From the NCBI GenBank assembly GCA_951406725.2, contig OX597820.1, forward strand, positions 30,318,001 to 30,382,000: a DNA stretch of 64,000 nt. The letters run 5' to 3'. Positions 24,815 to 37,708 of this stretch are shown piece after piece; position 1 is the stretch's first letter, and every line of letters begins with the position of its first letter. The stretch comes from Octopus vulgaris. Taxonomy: Eukaryota. The position numbers were made by a program, and so were the translations under genes. The notes under the pieces were generated by a model. It did no database searches. It saw nothing but the letters and a program-made list of their open reading frames with translations, and was not told where the DNA came from.

Positions 24815-26894
24815 AGTGAATCTATTGCAACAAATATTAATATGAATTATATATCCTTGGTGAATCAATTGATTTCTTATGATGACTGACTTCACATTGA
24901 TACAAAGATATGATTTATTCAGTTATTTTCAGTGTCTGAACACAAACATCAATATTTTCTTTCTACATTTCTTCTGGGACTTAAACAATTTCCTCTTCAA
25001 AACCTTCTACTTCCATCATACAGCACAAAATTACTTTTCCTGCTTTTTTTAATGTGATTTAGAATATATTTCTCTCACTATATTTTTCTACCACAACACT
25101 GTTGTCTTTGACATATTCTGAAGATGTTTCAAACAATCGATAACAAAATTATAAATAACAATATAATCACTTCTGAAGTAATTGTTTCAAGAGGATTAAT
25201 TAGAATAGAACTCAATCTTATAATAAAAAGCTAGTAAATTAGGAAAAAAAAACCCAATAATAGCTAAAATATCTCTACTTGTCAACACAGATCCATACAT
25301 TCTTGTTCATTCAAATACTCATAGTGAATTATTCAATCCAGCACACATTTCGAGGTAATTAATATTTATATTGAGGTTAGTTTCAATTGAAAGGAAATCT
25401 TTCACAGTATTTGTAAATGAAAGATGAATACTTGATAAAAAAATTACTATATACTGTCAATTGAAGGTATTTGGGAAAAAGGTAGATTTACAAAGGTGTG
25501 TGAAAAAAAATGTGGAAAATCAGATTTCAGAATGATGTGTTTCTAAGAAGTGGTGATAAAAAAAACCCCAACATAACTGGTGATTTGCTGAATTCCAACA
25601 AATCTGTGTTTGCTTCATAAAATATGTATTAAAATGCTGAGGATAATGATCTTGATGAATTCAACCCAGGATTTCTGCAAACATATGTTCTTCATAAAGT
25701 CTTCTTGTTATCTTCAAAAATTGATGAACATATCGATGCATCTGAATTGTAAAGTCTTCAGGCCCATTTCACATGATATCCTGAAATAGAAAAACAGTAT
25801 AATAAACATGATTATTTAATATTGGTTTTAAATTTTGGCACAAGGCCAGCAAGATGGAGGAGGAAGTAAGTTAATTACATCAACCCCAGTGTTTAACTGG
25901 TACTTATTTTATCAACTCCAAAAGGATGAAAGGCAAAGCTGACCTCAGCAGAATTTGAACTTAGAATGTAGAGACAGGCGAAATACTGCTTAGCATTTTC
26001 CCAGCATGCTAATGATTCTGCCAGTTCACTGCCTTATAACATCATTTAATATTAGCTTGAAAGTGTTATAAATAACTTACATCAACTACTAAGTTTGGTA
26101 GACAAACTATACTAATTCAGTTCACATTTATTTGACTGGTATAAATTACAAACTATGAATCATAATGATGCAATTTTATTAGTGGAAAACTTAATTTCAA
26201 AATCTTTGAGCAGGTCTTTAAGACTATCATAATATACTAAGGTGGTCAAACTCCAGCTTATGAGTAGCATGATGAGACAACAGCTAAAGTATATAAAGCT
26301 TGTGGAAACCTACTATGACTTGCCACTCAGCGTTTACTTCCACCACACGACACTTATCATTGCAAATGTTTTAACTAACCTTTACTATACACACACACAA
26401 ATACATTCATATATATATGTCTCGAGTTGTAGCTGTAATTCAAAAGGCCAGCCTTGTCATATTCTGTGTGAGGCTGAATCTCCCTGAGAACTACGTTAAT
26501 GTTATGCATGACTGTGGAGTATTCAGCCATTTGTGAGTTAATTTTATTGCCGTGTGGTCATGTAAAGTGAAACTGACTGCCAATATTTGCTGTGTTGATG
26601 TTTCTATGTAAGAACTCTTCTTTGGAGTTACGTATCTACTGTCTCTCTCATTTTCTCTCTTTCTCTTTCACTTCTTTAGTGTCTCTCTTCCCTCCCGCTT
26701 TTGATTTAACAATGTGTATATGTATCTACTTCTTTTGCGATGTGATAAACATTTACAAGCACAAAACGAACGCCGTCACCACTCACTGTCTCTTTCACTC
26801 TTACTGCCTCTCTCTCGCTTTGTCACTTCTTTGAAGTGTGACACACACATCAGGTACATACAAAACAAAAAGTTAGCATATTAATATTATTGAT

Positions 26895-26895
26895 G

Positions 26896-26946
<51 letters not shown>

Positions 26947-27437
26947 TAAACAACCTGATGCAGTACCAGGCACTGATTTTCATGGCTTCTGATCTTAACT
27001 GGTTGGAAATGTTATCATGTACATATTTTGTTTTGGTATAAAAGATGAGCAACAGCAAATATTCTGCTCAATACCACAGATTTGCTTGTCAGTTGTTTGG
27101 CCTTCCTCTTGGTGGCTGACAATATGCCCAACTCTGATCCTGAGCAGAAGTAGCAGGGTGGCATCATAACCATGTGTTGAGAGGAATTCTTTGGGGTTTG
27201 AATAATTCACCTCTGGAAACATGGTTGTTTCATTCATTATCCCTAAATAACCCTTATTCAGAGACCTTTTGAACTGGATGGGCTAATCAGCTTGAAGAAA
27301 ATTCTAACTGGGCCTCATCTGCAAGCTCATGCATTGTTTATCTTGATATGAGATCACCATGTCACACATCTGTGGTTGTGATGCATGTGGTTGATGTACT
27401 CTTATCAGACGGGTAGTCATGATGGGTATACTGGGCT
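26895..27437 (-). mobile_element. LINE 3' end with (ATT)n microsatellite tail
   Basis: (AAT)n at ~26897-26946 abuts retroelement-like 3' sequence. Confidence 0.5.
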
Positions 27438-27687
27438 GGATCTATTCCATCTCATTTTAATTTTTTTTTTTAACTAAACAGTTTGAAACTTCGAATAGTG
27501 GTAGAATTTCTCACGTAGAACACGGCTTACTTCTGAACATTTTTGACAAAATTTCGTATTTTAGAAGTTTTTTCGTGTTAAAGTTGTCGTATTGTGGTAA
27601 TTTCAACCAGTCAATTCTACCTGTATTCGAAGTTTCAAACTGCTTAATTAAAAAAATAAAAATCTGTGATTGAGATGAAATAGATCC
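27438..27687. mobile_element. MITE with GGATCT termini and long imperfect TIRs
   Basis: Ends ggatctattccatctc ... gagatgaaatagatcc, inner arms aaacagtttgaaacttcgaata / tattcgaagtttcaaactg. No TSD is seen. Confidence 0.7.
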
Positions 27688-28108
27688 CAGAAGGATGAAA
27701 GGCAAAGTCGACCCCGGTGGAATTTGAACAGGGAACGTAAAGACGGACGAAATGCCGCTAAGCGTTTTGTCCGGCGCGCTAATGATTCTGCAAGCTCAAA
27801 TAATCTTTTCTACTGAAATTGTGGGGAGAGGACAAGTCGATTACGTCAACCCCAGTGCTCGACTGGTACTTATTTTATCGATCCTGAAAGGATGACAGGC
27901 AAAAGCAATCTCGACAGTATTTGAACTCAGAACGTAAAACGGAAAGAAATAAAAATTAACGATGATTTCTTTTATTTGCCACAAGGATGACAATACAAAG
28001 ACAGACATGAAGAGCGAGGATTTGCATAGAATGGAATGGAAAAGAATATAGGAAGTATACGTGGTATACAATTAACAAATGAAAAGAAGTACACGATATA
28101 ATAATAAT

Positions 28109-28395
28109 ACTTACAAATCAAATAATCCAAATGTAAAATATTGATAGATGTCTTTTTACTGTCAGATTTAAAGTCTACGAAAGCAAACTCAGTGTCACCC
28201 ATACACAAAATATCACGATTTTGAATTTCTTTACCCACAAAAAAAAATCATAAAGCAGACATTATCAATGTCTTTGTGTTGACAATTATTATTAATTCCT
28301 AAACAAGTTCACCTGACATCTCAATTGATAAGTGTATTTATTCTAAATAATGTTTGGAGATTATCGACAATAAACGATCAGGGGAACAAACTCTT
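28109..28395 (-). promoter_or_regulatory. Promoter/first-exon module copy D (for ZF2)
   Basis: Donor acttac at 28109-28114. Motif ggggaacaaactct at 28381-28394, followed by a (GC)n and GA-rich tract. Confidence 0.7.
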
Positions 28396-28550
28396 TCATC
28401 GCGCGCGCGCACACCTTTGTATGAGATAGAGAAACAGAATGAGAGAGAAAGAGAAAAATGGGAAGTAGAGGAAAATAGATGGGGAGGAGAGAGAGACTGA
28501 AAGACAGAGAGAAAGAGAGAAAATGGGTAAAATAGATAGATATATGTTTC

Positions 28551-29168
28551 TTTATTATCCACAACGGGCCAAACAAGGACAGACAGAGGGATTAAGTCGA
28601 TTACATCGACCCCAATGCGTGACTGGTGCTTAATTTATCGACCCCGAAAGGATGAAAGGCAAAGTCGACCTCGGCTGTGCAATCTTGGGTTCAGTCCCAT
28701 TGCGCGGCACCGAGGTCGAGTATCTTCTACTATAGCCCCAGGTCGCCGAAGCCTTGTGAATGGATTTATTAGACGGAAACTGAAAGAAGCCCATCGTATA
28801 CACACGTATGTGTCTTTGTGTTTGTCCCTCACCATCGTTTGACAACCGGTGTTGGTTTGTTTATGTCTCTGTAAAGGATATCAGTAGAATAAGTACCAAG
28901 CTTAAAAAATAAGTACTGGAGTCAATTCGTTTGACAAACTCCTTAAAGGCAGTGCCCCTGCATAGCCACAGTCCAATGACAGTAACAAAAATAAAAGATA
29001 CAGGTGGCTGTATGGTAAGTAGTTTGCTTACGAACCATATGGTTCCGGGTTCAGTCCCACTGCATGGCACCTAGGGCAAGTGTCTTCTACTATAGCCTCG
29101 GGCCAACCAAAGCCTTGTGAGTGTATTTGGTAGACGGAAACTGAAAGAAGCCCCATCGTATATATGTA

Positions 29169-29211
<43 letters not shown>

Positions 29212-30700
29212 ATGTTTGTGTGTCTGTATTAGTCCCCCCAACATCGCTTGACAACCAATACTAGTGTGTTTACGTCCCCGTAACTTAGCGGTTTGGCAAA
29301 AGAGACTGATAGAATAAGTACAAGGCTTACAAAGAATAAGTCCTGGTGTCAATTTGCTCAACTAAAGGCGGTGTTCCAGCATGGCCACAGTCAAATGACT
29401 GAAACAAGTAAAAGAAAGTAAAGAGTATAGAGAGAAGGCTCCTTATAGTGAAGTATGTTATTAGGAGTTTTATCTTTAACTTGAGTTTCAGTCATTAGAC
29501 TGTGGCCATGCTGAGGCACTGCCTTGAAGAATTTTTAGTTGCATGAATCCACCCCAGTACATTTTTGTTTTAAGCCTGATGTTTATTCTATTGGTCACAT
29601 ATAGTGAGAAGCTAATTTATGAGAACATAAACACACCAACACCTGTTGTCAAGCAGTGGTGGGAAATGAACATAGACACAAAGCCACACACACAGACATA
29701 CATATACGACAGACTTCTTTCAGTTTCCATCTAGCAAATCCGCTCACAAAGGCTTTCGCTGGCCTGAGGCTATAGTAGAAGACACTTTCCCTAAGGTGCC
29801 ACACAGTGGGACTGAACCTAGAATCATGTGGTTAGAAAGCAAGCTTCTTACCACACAGCTACGCCTGCACCTATGTTGAATATTCTGAATTTAGTTCCCC
29901 ATGCGTAAACACAATTCTTGTTGTTTCAAGGATGGGAAGATTTTGTCTTGATTGTTTCTTTTCCTAGTTGTCTAAAAATTTCCAGCATATAGGGGCAATC
30001 ATGGCTGTGTGGTTAAGAAGCTAGCTTTGCAACCACATGTTTTTAGATATTGTCCTACTGCATGGTACCTTAAGCAAGTGCCTTCTACTTTAACCCAGGG
30101 CTGTCCAATACCTTGTCTTCTTGTCTTGAGACAGCATTCACCTGAGGTGGGTTGAGCTGGCTTCATTCATCCTCAATGCTGCATCTCTCACAAACGCTGA
30201 CCAGACCTGGCGATCTGAGGTTAACAACCGCATGATCTCCAACCACTCCTTATTCCAGCGGCGAACACCGTAGATATGGGGACTGAGGTTGGGTTCCAGA
30301 TCAGCCTTGAATGTCATCAGCCAGGTTTCTCATTGTTTCTGAAGGGGAGCTGGGGCAATTGCTTCGTAGATGAATTCTCCTGGTTGACGAGGAGGTGATT
30401 TTGCATTGGTGTCGCACTGGATTGTTGCGAATTGTGAGCGAATATGGTAGATGGAGACTGTGTTGAAACCTGTCACATGTGTGTGAGTGTATTTGTCCCC
30501 TTCTCCACCATTTGACAACCAGTGTTGGTTTGTTTACATCCATATAACATAGTGAATGGGTGAAAGAAGTTAATAGGGTAAGTACCGCACTTAAAAAAAT
30601 AAATAAGTATTGGGGTTGGTTTATTCAACTGAACTATCCAAGATGGTGCCCCAGCATGGCCGCAGACCATTAGTTGAAACTAGTTAAAAACAAAGAAAGA
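28551..30700. mobile_element. SINE pile-up (CORE-like tRNA SINEs at ~28676+, 29001-29427+, 29470-29872-, 30000-30700+) with an RTE LINE 3' end at ~30115-30432
   Basis: Repeated ggttcagtcccactgc...gggcaagtgtcttctactatagcc...cagcatggccacagtc consensus. The RTE piece reads DRQVWSAFVRDA on the minus strand. Confidence 0.8.
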
Positions 30701-32521
30701 TAAAGGATGGAATTTTTTGTCTTTAGATTTCTTTTGATAAAATGTGATGTATTTAATTTTAAATAATGTTTAGTAATGTATATGTGATGAATATGAAAAC
30801 AAGTGTGATCATGTAATTACTTTGTGATTATCTTGTGATTAAATAAGAGACAAAATAAAACTGACAGATTGATAGCAAATCAAAAACCTCCTTATTAATA
30901 ATATACTGCAAGCATGTAAACCTAAGACCATTTATTTATTTGACTGTATACTTGTTATACTTGACAGACAAGTACAGAACTCTCTTGTAGGCTCATAATG
31001 CATTCAAAACAATAAGCAATTGCAACATGCTACACCATACACCAGATAGAAAAGTATTAAGGAAAAATACTTAATATCTATAGAATTCCCCAAGAATTAT
31101 ATCTAAACCAATACTAATATCACACTGCAAGGCTATGATTAGCATACACAATACACACATCACAAATGTGAATCCAACAAAGAATTCCAACACTCTAACA
31201 GCAAAATTCTGGTGGAAAAGCCTGGATGGACATAAACTACATACAATAATAATAATAATTGAGTATAGAGGCCAAAATCATTCCACATCCTGAAGATAAG
31301 GTTGAGATAGTCTGTAAACTCTAATAAATATGGTATACTATGAAAAAGTATTGAGTGATCCTTCAATCTAATGTTCAACTGGTTTCATATATAACTTTAC
31401 AAAGAAATTAATATTAATAAGTGGGAAACTGATGAGTAAGATCAGCTGAAATGGATCTATAATACTGTATACTCTGATTAATGCGCCCACTCTACTGACA
31501 AATAAACAAGTGCATAATTTTTCTGATTTATAGATTCTCAGAATGAATGAATGAATGCATGTACATACATATGTCTGTCTATATTCCAATTTGATGACTT
31601 CAACAACAGCTCCACATGACAGTTTGATGATAAGATTTGCTTACAAATACATTTTATATCTATTTTATTAAACCCTCATTACAAATGGTATATATACAAA
31701 ACTATGATTAACAGAAAACTTTTGTTACTGACCATAACAGAAACAAATGTAGAATTTTCAAAGAACAGTAACACAAGATCATTGGTTACAAATTTATTTG
31801 ATTTTGAAAATGATTTCATTGTTTCAAAATTATTTTTATCAAACGCTGTGTCAGTTTAACCAAATATAAGAGATCAACTATTTTTCTATTCCAGCAGTAG
31901 AACAGCTTTTCAGTGTACACAGTAAAAAAAAGTGTAATGACCTCCTTCAGATATGAATGACCATGGGATTGCACCTAAAAAGTTACGCTCTGAGGTACAA
32001 GTCTGAGCAAGGTTGTTTACAAAAAGACCAGCAGTTGCCCATGCATGCCAGCCTCTCCTCTCCACATCACCAATGTTATCCAAGGCAAAGGCAAAGGCTG
32101 ATACAGCTTGGCACCATTGATATCACAACTCATTTCTACAGCTGAGTTATAAAATAATAGTTAAGCAGTTACTTTGCCACAGATTACCTGTACATGCAAA
32201 TACAGACACTTTGACAAGTTTGAGATAAATTACGATTCTGGCAGAATATTTTTTAATAAATATCAATGTATAGTTTCCCACTTCCCCTCATGTTCAACTT
32301 TATGGGCAAAATAATGGCTAATTTGAGAGAATTAACTCATGTTTCTAGGTAGATGAATAACCACAAATATCAATGACCGTTTATCTTTTGCATGAAAGAC
32401 TGTGTTTAATTACCTGAAATATATAAGGGTTTTAACAAACCACAGATATGCCCTCTCTTTAGTATATATTAGTGTCTGATTACATGCCTTTTGTTGAGTG
32501 AGAGCTTTATCACAAATATCA

Positions 32522-33652
32522 CTACGATGGTTTTTCTTCAGTATGAGTACTTTGGTGTTTAGTTAACTGACTTCTTTGAGAAAATGATTTAGTGCACACA
32601 TCACACTGATATGGCTTCTCTCCAGTATGAACACGTTTGTGTCGAGTAACTTGGCTTCTACCAGTGAATGATTTGCCACAGACATCACAGTTGTATGGCT
32701 TCTCTCCAGTATGAACAAGGTGGTGTGTTGTTAGGTGACCTCTTTGAGAAAATGATTTATCACATATATCACACTGATAGGGTTTCTCCCCAGTATGAAT
32801 ACGTACATGTTGTATTAAGGGACTCCTTTCAGAGAATGACTTTCCACAGATATCACACTTATATGGTTTCTCTCCTGTGTGAACACGTATGTGTGTAGTT
32901 AAAATATGGCTGTAAGCGAATGATTCACCACAAATATCACAGCGATATGGCTTTTCTCCTCCATGAATATTCTTGTGTGAAGTTAAGTTAGTACTTCGAG
33001 AAAATGACTTCCCACAGATATCACAATGATATGGCCTCTCTCCTGTATGAACACGTTTGTGTATTATTAAGCTACAACTTTGGGAGTATGATTTATAACA
33101 TATATCACAATGATATGGCTTTTCTCCTGTGTGAGTATGTTTGTGTATGGTCAGGTAAGATTTTTGAAAGAACGATTTACCACAGATATCACAGTGATAT
33201 GGCTTCTTTCCTGTATGAATTTGTATGTGTGTATTTAGATTACTTTTCTGAGAAAAAGATTTACCACATGTGTGACAGTCATATGGCTTCTCTCCGATAT
33301 GAATATGTTTATGAGATGTGAAAAGACTTCTTTGAAAGAATGACTGACCACAGATTTTGCAGAGATATGACTTCTCTTCTCTATGAATACATTTGTGTTG
33401 GGCTCCTTGACTTGTATCATATGATTCACCACAGATTTCACAAGGATAGGATGTTTCTCCTGCGAGAATATTTTTGTGATCAGATAATGCATTGCTCATA
33501 ATGAAACTTTTGCTACAAATATTGTTAGTATGAAGTATTGATCCTCCATTAATTAATTTATGTTCACTTAATTGATTTTTTATGATGAATGACTTCACAC
33601 TAATGTCGCATAGAAATGGTTTATTCAGTATCTGATCACAGCATTTATACAT
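32522..33652 (-). CDS. C2H2 zinc-finger protein ZF3 (10 intact fingers plus degenerate N-terminal fingers)
   Basis: 376 aa ORF starting at ATG, with TGEKP linkers. Acceptor at 33982, donor at 35612. Confidence 0.92.
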   Translation of the reverse strand: MYKCCDQILNKPFLCDISVKSFIIKNQLSEHKLINGGSILHTNNICSKSFIMSNALSDHKNILAGETSYPCEICGESYDTSQGAQHKCIHREEKSYLCKICGQSFFQRSLFTSHKHIHIGEKPYDCHTCGKSFSQKSNLNTHIQIHTGKKPYHCDICGKSFFQKSYLTIHKHTHTGEKPYHCDICYKSYSQSCSLIIHKRVHTGERPYHCDICGKSFSRSTNLTSHKNIHGGEKPYRCDICGESFAYSHILTTHIRVHTGEKPYKCDICGKSFSERSPLIQHVRIHTGEKPYQCDICDKSFSQRGHLTTHHLVHTGEKPYNCDVCGKSFTGRSQVTRHKRVHTGEKPYQCDVCTKSFSQRSQLTKHQSTHTEEKPS

Positions 33653-34516
33653 ATATATCTATTATATGTAATTTCTTCTTTAGAATTTCTATTTTCATCA
33701 CGTTATACAAAATCATTTTTCATTCTTTCCTTTATGTTATTTAGAAGAAATATTTTTCTCCCTATAAGTTTGATATCACAGTTATCTTTGTCAATTTCTT
33801 AAAATGCTGCAGAAAAACCAAACATTGTTCCAATAGGATTAATTATGATAAACTTAAGCCAAGATTTACATGTAAAGGTTTACGTGTATTCTTCATAAAA
33901 TCTTCCTTTCCTTTTCAAAAGATGATAAATAAGTTGATGCAGCCAAAGTGAAAAATCTTTATGTCCGTATTACCTGATAACCTGAAATAAAGAAAACAAA
34001 TTCATGTATGAGAATTAATTTAATACTCAGGTTGAAAGTTATAAAAAAAAAAAAGAACCTAAAACAGTCGTGTTTATACATTGGAGTGAAAAGGACCATT
34101 TACTCATCCTTAAGGATAACTGATGACTTGTGCAGTGACTTTGTTTAAAATGAAAAGTTGCACACCATCAATCTCGCTACTTTATTCATAACCATCTTCA
34201 ATCCAGTGGTAAGACCTGGTCGAGACAACTGGGGATGTGTGTGTCTGTGATGTTTGCACATGTTTGTAGGTATACATATTTCTGCATGTAATTCCAATAA
34301 ATCAGGATTGCTCACCCCAGAGAGTAGGAAAATGCACAATCTATGTTGAGGTCACAATTCAACCAATTGCGTACATTCGGTTTGTAGACAAGAGTTAGGT
34401 CTTTCTTTGTTCGTGAATGCCAGCGAAAATAAGAGGTTACTTATTCATTCATTGACAAAATTAATGACTTTCAGTAGAACACTGCACGTACGTAGTTTGT
34501 GATAAAAGGATATATA

Positions 34517-34928
34517 GGCGCAGGAGTGGCTGTGTGGTAAGTAGCTTGCTAACCAACCACATGGTTCCGGGTTCAGTCCCACTGCGTGGCATCTTGGGCA
34601 AGTGTCTTCTGCTATAGCCCCGGGCCGACCAATGCCTTGTGAGTAGATTTGGTAGATGGAAACTGAAAGAAGCCTGTCGTATATATGTATATATATATAT
34701 GTGTGTGTGTGTGTGTTTGTGTATCTGTGTTTGTCCCCCTAGCATTGCTTGACAACCGATGCTGGTGTGTTTATGTCCCCGTTACTTAGCGGTTCGGCAA
34801 AAGAGACCGATAGAATAAGTACTGGGCTTACAAAAGAATAAGTCCTGGGGTCGAGTTGCTCGATTAAAAGGCGGTGCTCCAGCATGGCCGCAGTCAAATG
34901 ACTGAAACAGGTAAAAGAGTAAAGAGTA
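34517..34928 (+). mobile_element. Full-length octopus-type tRNA-derived CORE-like SINE
   Basis: Head ggcgcaggagtggctgtgtggtaag with A/B-box-like motifs, cttgggcaagtg core, internal (TA)(TG) repeat and aagagta tail. Confidence 0.85.
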
Positions 34929-35606
34929 TGTAATCATGTATGTGTGATTGAATGACCATAAAACTAATTTTTAACACAACATAATTGCTACATTAATCTC
35001 TTCGTAAATATAAACCTACGTATTCTATATTTTTTCGTTAATATCTGCTTTCCCATGGATTGGACGGGGTCTTACTTGCAGCAGAATTTTATGGCCAGAT
35101 TGCAGATAATAGTGTCCCGAAAGGAACTGAGTGTTTGATGGAGTTGAACACAACACAGCTAGATGTTGCCTTACCTACAGAGTAGACTGTGGATCCGACC
35201 AGGTACTAGATTGTTACCTGATAGGTGAGTTTCCTTAATACAACTGATCCAAATTAACACAGATGATCGAGTGGCAGTTGATATCTGATAAGCACATGTG
35301 GAGAGCTAAGTTAAGCAACCCAAAATAGCTTTACAGTAATATATAAATTGTATATCTTGGTACGTATATATAAGTGTCATTTTCTTCCCATTTACTTTCG
35401 TTCCGTTTGTCTAATTCCTTTCGTAATAAAATCTCTCGTTTCGATCACTCATTACAATAGTTAATAACTAGATATAATCAAACTAATGAAGTTCATAGGA
35501 TAATCGTCTATTCCTTTGTCTTCCCTTTTCTTTATATATATATATATATATATAGCACATATATCTATTAATGTATGTGTGTGTGTGGATATATATATAA
35601 ATAAAT

Positions 35607-35885
35607 ACTTACAAATCAGTTTAGTCCGAATGTGTGTAAAATAGCAGTCGCCCTCATATTTTGAGTCTTAATGTTGTCCAAGAAAACAAAATCAGCCCCA
35701 CCACACTCACAAAACTTCTTGAACTTGAACATGCAAACAACAAAGTAAACAAAGACATTTATCAATGCCTGCCAATATTTCAGATCTCTACATAAGTTTA
35801 TCTCACATCTGATAACCGTGTGATAAACAATAATTATTGTTATTGCAGAGATTTCTACAATAAACTACCAGGGGAACTAACTCTT
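35607..35885 (-). promoter_or_regulatory. Promoter/first-exon module copy E (for ZF3)
   Basis: Donor acttac at 35607-35612. Motif ggggaactaactct at 35871-35884. Confidence 0.7.
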
Positions 35886-36137
35886 GTTTTCTCTGCGAGA
35901 GAGAATAACTGTATGAGAATGAAAGAAACGCCAAGGTAAAGAGATGGTTCCATCTTTCTGTATTTTTAGAGAGCGTCACAAATAGCAAAGGGTTTTTATG
36001 CTTTTTAGTCCGTAAATACAATTAACTCTTCTTGTTCTCGCCGAAGTCAACTTTGTCTTTCATCCGACTGGAGTCGATAAAATAATGTACCACTCAAGTA
36101 CTTAGGTCGATGATGTCGACTCACCTCATACCCTAAA

Positions 36138-36415
36138 AATAATAATAATAATAATAATAATAATGAAATTATTGTATACAGTGCTCAGGTGCACCACAAC
36201 TTGTCAGAAAGTGCATATAAAGTACATGCAGCAATGTAGAAATGTCGAAAGTGAACATGATTGTGTGTGTATGGAGGGGAGAAAATCAAGTGTAGTGTTG
36301 GCGAATCTCAGGAAGCATGGAAGTTTTGAAGGATGCAGTGCTCCGACAACTAACAACCGATGCCGGCAGTTTGTTCCACGCTTCAGCAACTCTCAGTGTG
36401 AAAAAATGTTTTATG
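36138..36415 (-). mobile_element. CR1-type LINE 3' end with (ATT)n tail
   Basis: The minus strand encodes RVAEAWNKLPASVVSCRSTASFK. The same tail sequence recurs at ~51214-51256. Confidence 0.75.
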
Positions 36416-37257
36416 GGGCTTATGTCTGAATTAGAGACCGTTATTTAAACCAGAGTAGCTCAAACTGAGTATGCTTACTAAAGGCATTTTATCTATAACC
36501 GATGCGTCCTTTTTAAGATGCTTGTGGCATTTGACTGCTACTTCTAATTCACACCTCACTTTTCTGCTTGACATCTATTTCGTGTTATATTTTTGTTTTA
36601 TGTCCACCTACAATAACAAAGAGAGCTTCTACGTGGTTGCTGGACATGCTAGTAATAGCAGCCAAATTGTCCTCATATCCCGACCTATCGTCTTGAAAAA
36701 CGAAAGAATATAGTAAGTAATGTAATTATAGATACTCTCCTACAAAAAAAAACAAAAAAACACGATGGTCCTGGTTGGAACATCTATGATCATAAGTTTA
36801 CTCCAATCATTTGTCTGTTGTTGCTTAATTCCAAGGTTGATCTGGAACTAAGGAACAGTATGTTAAAAATATACAAAGTTTCTTCAGACATCTTAAGGTA
36901 ACAAATGCTAATATTTAGGCATTAATCTTGCACATATTTTTTTTTTTTTGCTTTTTTCAAAAAAATTGAAACAAATTGATAGTCAAATACCCTTTTAAAG
37001 CATTTATAAAATTGAAACATAGGTGCTTAGTGAATATCTCATATTAAATTAGTGGTAATCCAGTAACTCAAACATAGATCCACAAATTGATTGTTTTCTT
37101 TTGTCAACATTACTTTCGTTTGCTGGTGTCACCATATGAGCCAACATCCACCTTTGGACCTAAATACAACAGCAGTTTATTCATCGCATTGGTGTCAAAA
37201 GATATGTCATCAAATGTGTCAACATAACCTCCATTAAAACCAATCAATGCATTAGAC

Positions 37258-37584
37258 CAGGCCTGGCCAACTCGAATTACATTGCAGGCCACTTTAATCA
37301 CAGAAAGTTTTTTAAGGGCCACTTGTATACTGACAGAATTGAAAGCATTCTGCTTTCTCATGCTATTATTACAATAATGAATAAATGATTGTTGATTCAA
37401 CATGAAATATTATTGTTGCAAAAACAGTAGTATCTTTCTTTTTTACTTTTCATTATAGTCTTTAATTTTTTATAAAAATTTTCAAATGTTTGTTTAAATA
37501 AATCCATTTCAAGAAAGTATCAAGTGGACTGCAAGATGTCTGCAGGTTGCATACGGCCCGCAGGCCTCAGGTTGGCCAGCCCTG
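37258..37584. mobile_element. hAT MITE
   Basis: TIRs caggcctggccaac / gttggccagccctg. Exact 8 bp TSD cattagac at 37250-37257 and 37585-37592. Confidence 0.85.
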
Positions 37585-37708
37585 CATTAGACAGATGTTA
37601 TATTAACAGGCACCTCTAGTTAGAGAAGAAGAGGGGCTAAACAGATAGGACCATGATGCCTGTTCTGAGATCCCCCCAAATTATCTGTATCTTTCTAGAA
37701 GCAACCCC

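Noticed and set aside
24815-24895. N-terminal extension of ZF2 in the ORF track
   Set aside because: It starts at GTG. The first ATG is at 24814 and is homologous to the paralog starts.
35101-35335. Possible TG...CA solo LTR in the ZF3 intron
   Set aside because: No TSD and no second copy in the window.
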